NCBI RefSeq assembly: GCF_011745625.1
Contig: NW_027191464.1
Coordinates: 1 to 64,000 of the forward strand
From: Cladosporium halotolerans
Taxonomy: Eukaryota
DNA: 64,000 nucleotides
Direction of reading: 5' to 3'
Part shown: positions 55,802 through 64,000 of the stretch, in pieces
Layout of the letters: each line of letters starts with the position of its first letter
Numbering within the stretch: position 1 is the stretch's first letter
The notes under the pieces: model-generated
The model's input: the letters and a program-made list of their open reading frames with translations, nothing else
Database searches by the model: none
Told to the model about the DNA's origin: nothing
Position numbers and translations under genes: made by a program

Positions 55802-57883
55802 ATGGCGGAACCCGTACAAGTGAACGGAACAGACAGCGATATGGACGGAGCCATACCGGAAAACGATGGCATGCAGTCGCTGCGCCAGCAACTGCTGCAG
55901 ATCAAGGAGCTCGCGCTGTCGACGGAGGAGAAGGCAAGACGCATGCACGAGCTCATGACACGCGACTACCTCTCGCACATGGCTGCTCTGAAGCCGCATG
56001 CGCAATCAACATCACGGCCACAGACGCCTCAGCAGCCTGAAAAGAACAGTCTGGCTCCGCCCGTCGACCCTGACAATCCATACAACCTGCGGCCGGGTGA
56101 TCTGGAAGTGACTTTCAGCCCACTTCCCGTCGTGCCTATGGATGACAACGGCGACGTGAATCCGAACGTAGAAGAAGAGGATACATTACCTGATCTAGGA
56201 TGCATGCATTACAAGCGGAACGTCAAGGTGCAATGCTTCGACTGCCGGCAATGGTACGCTTGCAGGCATTGTCATGACGCCGCTCACGACTTGCCATTCA
56301 GACACAACTTGAACCGCAAGAAAACAGAGAACATGCTCTGCATGCTGTGTCAGACACCGCAGCCAGCCGGCGAGACTTGCGTCAACTGCGGCGAGTATGC
56401 TGCGTGGTATTACTGCGACAAGTGCAAGCTTTGGGACAACGACAGCAACAAGCGGATCTATCACTGCGATGACTGTGGACTGTGTCGGTTGGGAGAAGGG
56501 CTGGGGAAGGATTTTGTGCATTGTCGGCGTTGCAATGTCTGCATCTCGATTTCGACTTCGGCCTCGCATCCTTGCATTGAGCGGGCGACTGATTCGGATT
56601 GCCCGCTTTGCCTGTCTTATCTTTTCGAATCGCCCACGCCTGTCGTGAGCTTACCTTGCGGGCACTACATGCATGGATCATGCTACAAAGATCTCATGGC
56701 GGTGACATACAAGTGTCCGGTCTGCAGCAAAAGCGCGGTGAACATGGAGCTCCAGTGGCGGAAATTGGACGACGAGATTGCATTGCAGCCCATGCCTGAG
56801 GATGACGGCGAGCTGGAAGATCTGTTGCCGCACCTTGAAGGTGTCGCAACGAACGAATCTGAAGACGCGACCGAGACCGCCGCTCCACCTCGTCGACCAC
56901 GAAAAGCCTGGATCAGCTGCAACGACTGCAACGCCCGATGCTGGACGCCCTTCCACTGGCTAGGTCTCAAATGCCACTACTGCGGCGGCTATAACACCAA
57001 CCAAATGCCCCCCATGACCGGCCGCGAGACCGAAGCCGAACGCCTCATCCGCCAGCAACAACTCCAACCACGCCAGCACGACTTCACCGGCAACTCCGTC
57101 CTCCTCGACGCCGGCATCGGCGCCCCCTCCTCAGACGACGGCCACCGCGTCGACAGCGCCTTCGGAATGCCCTCCTCGCCCTCAAACCTCCACCCCGCCA
57201 CCGCCGCCGCCGCAACAGCCGGCGGCTCACCAAGCTACAACCCCGAGCGTCGCGCCAGCGGCGCCCACTCGCCCCGCCGCTACTTCGTGCAGGAAGAAGA
57301 ACCGCGGCGCGCCTCTTTCACCGCGCCCCGCTTCCCAACGCCCAGCATGCCCAACATGAACCTCCCGCGCATCCCCGACCTCCCCTCGCTGCCCACAATG
57401 CCCAACCTCCCCAACATGCCCAACATGCCGAACCTGCCCAACCTCCCGAATCTCCCAAACCTCCCCAACATGCCGAACCTCGAGCTGCCGCGCTTCAGCC
57501 CCTACGAGATGGTGCAGGCGCTGTCGCGCAGCCTCAGCCCCATGCGGTACTACATGGAGGGGCTCGACGTGTCGGATTTAGAGCGCGCGGCGGCGCGGCC
57601 GGGGCTGGCTAGGCGGAGCCACTCGGAGGTTCCGGCGGGGAGTCCGGATGAGGCGCCGGAGGAGAAGAGGCCGAGGACGAGTGAGGACTTGAGGGAGAGG
57701 GCGGGGGCGGCGTTTTGGGGGGTGGGAGAGGGGGCGGTAGTTTCGAGTGAGGAGGAGGAGGAGGAGGATGAGGAGGACGAAGAGGAGAGCGAAGATGACG
57801 AGGATGAGGATCGGGGGGATGATGATGACGATGATGGGGAGGAGGAGGCGGAGGATCGGATGGAGATCTTTGGGCATCGGTGA
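55802..57883 (+). CDS. RCHY1: CHY zinc finger / RING E3 ubiquitin ligase (Pirh2/RCHY1-like), about 693 aa
   Basis: CHY (GCMHYKRNVKVQCFDC...CRHCHD), CTCHY (YYCDKCKLWD...YHCDDCGLCR), RING-H2 (CPLC...LPCGHYMHGSC...CPVCSK), zinc ribbon (CNDC...HWLGLKC..CGGYNT) and an acidic tail. In-frame stop at 55718; first ATG at 55802. Confidence 0.9.
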   Translation: MAEPVQVNGTDSDMDGAIPENDGMQSLRQQLLQIKELALSTEEKARRMHELMTRDYLSHMAALKPHAQSTSRPQTPQQPEKNSLAPPVDPDNPYNLRPGDLEVTFSPLPVVPMDDNGDVNPNVEEEDTLPDLGCMHYKRNVKVQCFDCRQWYACRHCHDAAHDLPFRHNLNRKKTENMLCMLCQTPQPAGETCVNCGEYAAWYYCDKCKLWDNDSNKRIYHCDDCGLCRLGEGLGKDFVHCRRCNVCISISTSASHPCIERATDSDCPLCLSYLFESPTPVVSLPCGHYMHGSCYKDLMAVTYKCPVCSKSAVNMELQWRKLDDEIALQPMPEDDGELEDLLPHLEGVATNESEDATETAAPPRRPRKAWISCNDCNARCWTPFHWLGLKCHYCGGYNTNQMPPMTGRETEAERLIRQQQLQPRQHDFTGNSVLLDAGIGAPSSDDGHRVDSAFGMPSSPSNLHPATAAAATAGGSPSYNPERRASGAHSPRRYFVQEEEPRRASFTAPRFPTPSMPNMNLPRIPDLPSLPTMPNLPNMPNMPNLPNLPNLPNLPNMPNLELPRFSPYEMVQALSRSLSPMRYYMEGLDVSDLERAAARPGLARRSHSEVPAGSPDEAPEEKRPRTSEDLRERAGAAFWGVGEGAVVSSEEEEEEDEEDEEESEDDEDEDRGDDDDDDGEEEAEDRMEIFGHR
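57347..57481 (+). repeat. Coding 9-bp tandem repeat encoding (M/L)PN
   Basis: Protein MPNMNLP...MPNLPNMPNMPNLPNLPNLPNLPNMPNL; DNA units such as CCCAACATG and CCCAACCTC. Confidence 0.85.
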
Positions 57884-58604
57884 TTTGCTTTTCTTCCCGT
57901 CTTGGATGACTGGAAAGGAGGGAGCGGTTGCTGCTGAGTGCGGAAGGGGAGTGGTCTGCGACGTTGTCGGACGAAGCTTTCTGATCTACTTCAGCATTAA
58001 TGAGGAAAGAAAAGGCCAACAATATAGCCGTCTTTTGTGCACTACGATGTTCAGTGTTTGTACGCCTCAAAGCAACTGCCTCTCCCCCTTAAGTCTTGTC
58101 TTTCGAGCGGAAGGGCTGCTGCAACCTAGCGGCGCGGAGAGCCAAGGAACGCCAAACACGGAAGGCATGATAATGCCGCCCGAAGTGACCCAGCGCCGGC
58201 TGAGCATCAATCCGCGTGTCGGTGCAGGGACGAAGGCATGTCGTTGTCTATGGGATGCCGTCTTCAGAAAAATCCTGGTATGCACCTCGACAGCAGCATC
58301 GGGGAGTTCACTTCGGAAAGTAACGTTAGGTCCCGACGAAGAGAAGCCCTCTAGCGGTTAAAACATTCCCAGAAGAACAGTAGATCACAAAAGGGACGTC
58401 GCCGGCTTGTGTCTCTCATCCTGCCTGATACGCTTTCTGTGTCTGAGGAGGCTGATCGCCGCTGAGTTTTGCGCCTTGACCTAGGATCCTTTGATACATT
58501 ACAGTACACCTGAAGTATCTGAATCCCATAAGACATTAGATCGTAGACTTCAAGATCACACCTCACCCCACACTTCAACCGAGATGAGACCTCCAACGCA
58601 GCCC

Positions 58605-61600
58605 TCAAATAAACGCCTTTCCACTCCCACCCGTGACAACCCTCTCCCTCTCCCCCTCCTCCGCACCGGCAACCACATCCCCCACTCCCTCATCCTCCTC
58701 CACAACTCTCTCCGCCCTGAAACTGCTCAGCCGCTTAACATCCTCCACGCTCACCGGCCTCCCACTACTAGTCTGCACCAGCCTCGGCCTCTCCTTCCCT
58801 TTCCCCTTGACCTTGCTCAAACTATCATTGCTCGCGAGCGCCATCGGCTCCGAAAGCCTGCTCCCGCGCTTCTTCGCCGCGCGCGCGGACGCCGAGAGCG
58901 AGTTGTCGAGCGCCTGCGCCGCGAGTGGAGAAATGGAGCGCGAGGCGCTGGGGCGGAAGGGCTTGCCGCGGTGCAGGATGGAAGTCGGGGAGCTGGTGTG
59001 CTGGGCGCTGGAGGGTTGGCGGAGGGAGGGCGGGGGAGGCGTCGGCGAGGCTTCGTTGGGGAGCACCCAGGAGCGCTCGTGGCGGGGGAGGGCCATTTCG
59101 TCCGCGAGCTGGCGGTCGGCGGCCAGGTCGGGCGTCGAGGAGCTGGCGGAGGTGGTGTAGTATTCGGAGCTGTTGTCGGGGTCGTCGGCTGGAGCGGAGT
59201 AGGTGGTGGGGGGTTCGGAGGTGGAGGGGTCGATAACGCGTGGGTAGCCGGGGACTAGGGAGGCGCGGAGGCGTTGGCTGAGGCGGGTTGAGGAACGGGT
59301 GGGTTGGACGGAGGAAGACTCGGAGTAGGTGGTTTGTTTGCGGCGCCGTGTGCTGGCGTCTGGCGCTGAGCTGCCGCGGTAGCCTAGGGATGCGCCCCAG
59401 AGAGGGCTGCCTAGAATGTTTGCGCTTCCGCGTTTGTGGATGAAGGATTGACGCTTTTCTTGCATCGGGCGCTCGTCGTTGATGCTGTCGCTGCGACCTA
59501 CGAGCCGGATGCTTCTGCGTTTGGTGTCGAGGTCGGTGGCTGAAAGAGTTGGTATTATTGATCTTGAACCACCGAAAGAGGATCCAGTTGGAGGTCGCGG
59601 AAAATCTGAAGGTCGCGCAGAGAGCACGCTCGTGCCTCTCGTGGTGATGGAGGCGCAGCTACTCCTGTCTAGGGTGGCCTCTAATCCCAGACTGTTCGCC
59701 TTTCGACGACTGTCTGCTCGGCCAGGCATTAGGTCCGCGTCTCCCAAGCCAATACCAAGTCCCACGCTGTTCTCCGATTGATGTTTTGCTCTCCTCGCCC
59801 TTAGCCTCCTCAATGCTCTCTTACTGGGTGAAAGATCCGATAACTGCCTCGAAACCCTCGCCATCTGGGCCGGCACCGAAAAGCTATCGTGCGGTGTCTG
59901 AAGCGCAGCGGAATTCTGCCCCCACTCAGGGATATTCGTATCTGCTCTGATCATATCCTCTCCGTTTCCAAGCGACGAAGCCAAACTGTTCCGTGAGAAA
60001 CGATGCGTCCATTTTGAGCCCCTGGCAGAATGTACGGGCAGATTAAGATCGATCTGGGGCGGCTTCTCGCTGCTTTCAGATCGTGCTCCGTCGGCCGAAG
60101 GCGCCTTCTCCACGTCCGTGTGCAGTTCTGTTGCCACTGCGATGGAGTTGGCGTGAATGGGTGGAACCGGCCGTGAGATCTTTTGTTTGGTAGGGCTGAT
60201 CTGTCGTGCGTAGCCGTCGCGTGGCCGTCGTCTTCTCCGGCAGCAGATGAATATCAATGCGAATAGAATCGCGGCGGCCAAGACAGCGCCAATGACCAGC
60301 CCAGCGATCGCGCCGCCAGAGAGTCCGTTGTGTGAGTCCCCATCCGCACCGATCATAGCTGATGCTGCATTCGACGATTCCGTCGGCGTAGCGGTAGAAG
60401 CTCCAGACTCGCTCGCAGTACCGCTTCGAGATGCCACCGTCTTGACGTTGATAGAGAATATCTGCGTTTCGAGTTCCGAAACGTCAGATGCCATGGCATT
60501 GAGAGTCGCCGTGATCATGGCGGATGTCTGCGAAGGTACATCGCCCTGCATCTCACGCTTGCTGGAGTCAAATTGCAGCCATTTGGCGTCCGTAGGCAGG
60601 ACAAGTCTCAGAGTCGCGTCCGTCTTCGGAACCACAGAGCTCGGGATCGTGTACTCGAAATGCTCGCCGCCCGTAGCCTCCAGCGTCCCAATCGTGCCCG
60701 CGAACAGAGACGAAGTTTCTCGCGGCTCCGGCACAAACCGCAGCGTGACCGTAGCCGTATCTCCACCCTCAACACTCACCTTCACAGTCACATTAACCGC
60801 CTCCGCATCCTCCGGCGCCCTCCCCCTAATCCCCAACGTCTCCTCATCAAACTGCATCCACCCCGGCAACCCCTCCACCTCCGCACCCCTCACATCCCCC
60901 AACCCAACCCTCTCCCCATCCCCCAACCCAACCCTCTCCCCATCCCTCACCAAACCCTCCCCCAAATCCCCCACAACCACCTCCTCACCACCCCGAAACC
61001 CCACCACCCTCTCCCCATCCTCAAACCTTACCCTCCCCTCCCCTTCCCCAACCTGAATCTCAAACTCGGCACTCACGCCCGCGAACCCAGGCACATCCGA
61101 CGCGATCAGCAGCACCCTCCAAACCTGCACCCCTCCCACCCCGAGCGCCGGCGCCTCGCCGCCGAACGCCAGCCGCTCCGCGTCGAACCGCAGCCACGCC
61201 GGCAGCGGCGTGTGGTCCGCCAGCGTCGCGTAGTACAGCAGGCGCCGCTGCACGCGATCGATAAAAGAGTCGAGGCGGAAAGCGAAGTCGAAGGGCGTCG
61301 CGGGGCGCAGGCTCACGGCGCCCGCCGACCCGCCGGCGGACAGGTTGGCGAGCTGGGGGCCCAGCGCGTCTTGGAGCGTTGGGAGGGAGTCCGCGGTGAC
61401 GACGACCGTGCAGGGCATGTGTGCCGCGCCACCGGCGGGGTCGGCGGCCGTGAGGGTGAAGGTTGTGCTGCCGGCGGAGGAGGGGTCGGGGGTTCCGGAG
61501 AGGGTGCGCGAGGCGCTGTCGAGGGCGAGCCAGGGCGGGGCAGAGGAGAGGGTGTAGGTGAAGTTTGAGGAGTGGGGGGCGAAGGTCGAGGCGGAGAATT

Positions 61601-61757
61601 GGAAGAGGTAGGGCTGGTTGATGCGCGCGGCGGTGGGGACTTGGGAGTTGAAGGGGAAGACGACGGCGGGGGTTGCGGTGGTTGGTGGTGGTGTCGTGGC
61701 GAGCAGACTCGCCGTTAAAAGGATTCGTCTCATCCAGGAAGCCATGCGGCCGACCAT
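58605..61757 (-). CDS. AXL2: Axial bud-site selection / polarity landmark Axl2 (cadherin-like He_PIG repeats, single TM)
   Basis: Signal-like MRRILLTASLL; FPFNSQVPTAARINQPYLFQFSASTF; repeated P.WL.FD...L.G motifs; TM AIAGLVIGAVLAAAILFALIFI followed by CCRRRRR; long Ser/Arg-rich cytoplasmic tail. The start could be ATG 61757, 61745 or 61733. Confidence 0.88.
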   Translation of the reverse strand: MVGRMASWMRRILLTASLLATTPPPTTATPAVVFPFNSQVPTAARINQPYLFQFSASTFAPHSSNFTYTLSSAPPWLALDSASRTLSGTPDPSSAGSTTFTLTAADPAGGAAHMPCTVVVTADSLPTLQDALGPQLANLSAGGSAGAVSLRPATPFDFAFRLDSFIDRVQRRLLYYATLADHTPLPAWLRFDAERLAFGGEAPALGVGGVQVWRVLLIASDVPGFAGVSAEFEIQVGEGEGRVRFEDGERVVGFRGGEEVVVGDLGEGLVRDGERVGLGDGERVGLGDVRGAEVEGLPGWMQFDEETLGIRGRAPEDAEAVNVTVKVSVEGGDTATVTLRFVPEPRETSSLFAGTIGTLEATGGEHFEYTIPSSVVPKTDATLRLVLPTDAKWLQFDSSKREMQGDVPSQTSAMITATLNAMASDVSELETQIFSINVKTVASRSGTASESGASTATPTESSNAASAMIGADGDSHNGLSGGAIAGLVIGAVLAAAILFALIFICCRRRRRPRDGYARQISPTKQKISRPVPPIHANSIAVATELHTDVEKAPSADGARSESSEKPPQIDLNLPVHSARGSKWTHRFSRNSLASSLGNGEDMIRADTNIPEWGQNSAALQTPHDSFSVPAQMARVSRQLSDLSPSKRALRRLRARRAKHQSENSVGLGIGLGDADLMPGRADSRRKANSLGLEATLDRSSCASITTRGTSVLSARPSDFPRPPTGSSFGGSRSIIPTLSATDLDTKRRSIRLVGRSDSINDERPMQEKRQSFIHKRGSANILGSPLWGASLGYRGSSAPDASTRRRKQTTYSESSSVQPTRSSTRLSQRLRASLVPGYPRVIDPSTSEPPTTYSAPADDPDNSSEYYTTSASSSTPDLAADRQLADEMALPRHERSWVLPNEASPTPPPPSLRQPSSAQHTSSPTSILHRGKPFRPSASRSISPLAAQALDNSLSASARAAKKRGSRLSEPMALASNDSLSKVKGKGKERPRLVQTSSGRPVSVEDVKRLSSFRAERVVEEDEGVGDVVAGAEEGERERVVTGGSGKAFI

Positions 61758-62394
61758 CTCCGAGTAGAAGTGTGGTCGTTGTGTGGGAGTGGGAGTCGCG
61801 TGGGCTCGAGGGTGCCGTTTCGGTCGGCCATGGTTTTTCCTCCAAGACACTCCAGCGAGGCCTGTGAAGAATGGGCGTCTAGACCGGAGCGTGACGCGCT
61901 CGTCCGCGTGCGCGTCGTGGGAGGCATTCTCAATCGTGCCCTTGCGCCAAGGTGGCTGTGAAGAATGGAGATGGTGGGAGGGAAAGACACCGTAGCAAGG
62001 GAGGCTTTGCGCCAAGCGTTTTCTGCTGGTTCGTGAAGTCTATGGTAGTACATATCTTTTATGCATGTCTCTATCTTACACTTTGTTGTTTGCACATGTC
62101 TCCAATGTGCGTGTCGTGGCTAGTGCAGCCGACGAAATCCAGGCGTGATGTCCGTTTTGGACTGGTTTGCCCAGAAGGAGTGGACGAGGTCACAGACTCG
62201 TCTCATTGAGTCCAAATTCCTTTCTACTATGACTTGCCATCCTGAGTAGAGTCTTGCGTGCTCTGCTTGTAGGAGCAGACTTGTCCTGGCCTTCCAACTC
62301 AATTCGGGCACCCATGAGCGTCATTACCAGGCAAACCCAACCAGATGTCCGCCATATCTCCTCTTGCTTATATCCCCTCAAAAGCCTCGTAGAC

Positions 62395-63043
62395 TCAAGC
62401 CTTCTCCTGCGCAAACGGATCAACCCCCTCTTCAAGCAGCGAAACCTTCTCGCCGCCATCAGGTGTCAGACTCCACTCCGTCGTCTCGAACTGTAACAAG
62501 AGATCCAGTCAGCAGAAGCTCATTTTTGAACCCCCAAAACACTCCACCATATTTCTCTTTCCCATAGATACGGGGACTACTCACAAAACCCATCCTCTCC
62601 CTCCTCACACACCTCAACCTCATCTCCCCGCGTCCCCTCGTCCCCCTAACGCCAAACCGCACATCAATCTCCCCATGCACCTGGTCGATCTTGCCCCAAA
62701 TCCACGGCAGCTGCTGCGCGAAGTAGATCTCGTCGCCCAGCAGCCGCCTCGCCTCGCCGTTCGTCCTCAGGCTGTACAGAGCGCTGCTGACGACGCTCGA
62801 GTTGCTCTTCTGGTAGTTGAAGATGGCCAGCGTGCAGGCGGCCATGATGGCCGCGAAGGCCGGGAGGGTGCGCAGCCAGGCGTTGCGGGAGGAGAGGGGG
62901 GGCAGGGCGCGGTCGGCGCGCCGCTCCATGAGGGGGCCGGAGTTGGGCTTCGGGGCGGCGATGAGGGTGCGGCGGGCGGGGAGGGAGGTGGTGGTCGGTT
63001 GGCGGAGGGCGGCGTGCGCCCGGGCACGCAGGCGGGGGAGCAT
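62395..63043 (-). CDS. COA1: Cytochrome c oxidase assembly factor Coa1; join(63043..62585,62490..62395), 184 aa
   Basis: Presequence-like MLPRLRARAHAALR, one TM, then IFNYQKSNSSVVSSALYSLR...LLGDEI.F...PWIWG.I.QVHG.ID..F.V.G. Intron GTGAGT...GCTGAC...CAG gives FFETTEWSL. Confidence 0.88.
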
Positions 63044-64000
63044 TGTGCTTTGGTGTGGGTTGGTGGGGTTGGCGTTGGGGCGTAGACGTGGTTGTTTTTT
63101 TTTGATGCTGGTGGAGGATGTGTATACGTCAAAGTCGAGATGGGTGCTGGCCCGATTAGGAAGGAAGCGCTGGAAGCCGCGGGCTATGGGAAGATCACGT
63201 GATTTCGTGGAATTTGAGGACGACGCCGTCACCGATTGATGTGGACGTACATATGAGATGAAAGGTGTCTTGAAGAACATAATCAAGTATCGTGTATCGT
63301 ATGTATTAAGAGGCTACTATATTCGATGATTGATCCCTCCAAAATCCAATCACCTGGTCAGATGAATCGCTAAATGTATCGTCTCGTCGTAATAATCGGA
63401 ATAACCGCGAGAAGTACACGACAATCTTACGCACTGCCGCGTGCTTACACGTGATCAAGTGCGAATGCCATTGACTTCCCAATATACATCGAGGCTGTGA
63501 TAACTCCCCGAGCCACCGCAGCCGTCAGCCGTGCATGCAGCGAAACGCCGAGGGTCTTGGGAAGTCGTTAGCGGCTTTAGCTGCATACTCCAACACTGCA
63601 GTAGCCGCGAACAGTTGCCTTCAGGTCGCATAGAGTAGTGCAACGGCGCTGGTTCGAAATAGGTGACCCTGAATAATGCAGGGTTGTTGATTTCGAAACT
63701 GCAGAATCTCTGGAGTGCCGAGACGCTGAGTCATGTTGTTCGGGTATTGCAGGCAACTGCCGAGTAAGATGGCTGTGTCCGTCGAGGCTGGAAGTCCGTC
63801 GTCGGGCCTTTGATATAGAAGTGCCGAGTGATCGGTGTTTAGTCAGACCGATCATCGGGGGCGCAAATAGTCCAAGTTGACGATGCCTTGTCGACGATGG
63901 CTGGTCATCGCAGATGGAAAATAAGGCATCCTCGCTAATGGTTGCTGGCAATGTGCGGATGGTGATGATGTGCGGTGGCGTGTACAACCTCCGCCAGGTG

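Noticed and set aside
61758..62015. N-terminal extension of AXL2 in the ORF track (likewise 8522-8602 and 63044-63286)
   Set aside because: These extensions precede evident signal or targeting peptides at downstream ATGs and are probably 5' UTR.
63577..63987. 136-aa ORF at the window end
   Set aside because: No recognisable motif and a non-ATG start. It may belong to a feature beyond the window but cannot be supported here.

Overview
Gene-dense, intron-containing fungal DNA. GT-AG introns with CTRAC/CTAAC branch points and the gene content point to a filamentous ascomycete, probably a Dothideomycete (inference). I could build 24 protein-coding gene models, with splice phases checked by hand: SET-domain methyltransferase, Cub1/DUF2408-like, RPP1, SOG2, lipoate-protein ligase, FOL3, a hypothetical protein, a DUF2306-like membrane protein, a Zn2Cys6 transcription factor, an acyltransferase-3 (AT3), a degenerate GT2, a GH16-like::AT3 fusion, a divergent membrane protein, NCBP3, SKI8, MRPL32, septin CDC10, two Ser-rich orphan ORFs, a GH2::CVNH fusion, an SH3-RasGEF, a CHY/RING E3, AXL2 and COA1. 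I recognised no rRNA, tRNA, transposon or CRISPR features. The best candidate for an undescribed system is the 17.9-27.7 kb cluster: two AT3 O-acyltransferases with complementary motif losses, a GT2 with an intact ORF but no catalytic motifs, a GH16-like ectodomain lacking its catalytic motif fused to one AT3, and a possible nucleotide-sugar-transporter-like protein, all next to a Zn2Cys6 regulator. It looks like a cell-surface glycan O-acylation module built partly from pseudo-enzymes. Other notable signals: the GH2-cyanovirin-N lectin fusion; recurring orientation-independent C+A to G+T strand-skew flips every few kb; and six CACGTG boxes in a gene-free 2.2 kb stretch. All family assignments come from motif recognition by eye, not database searches.
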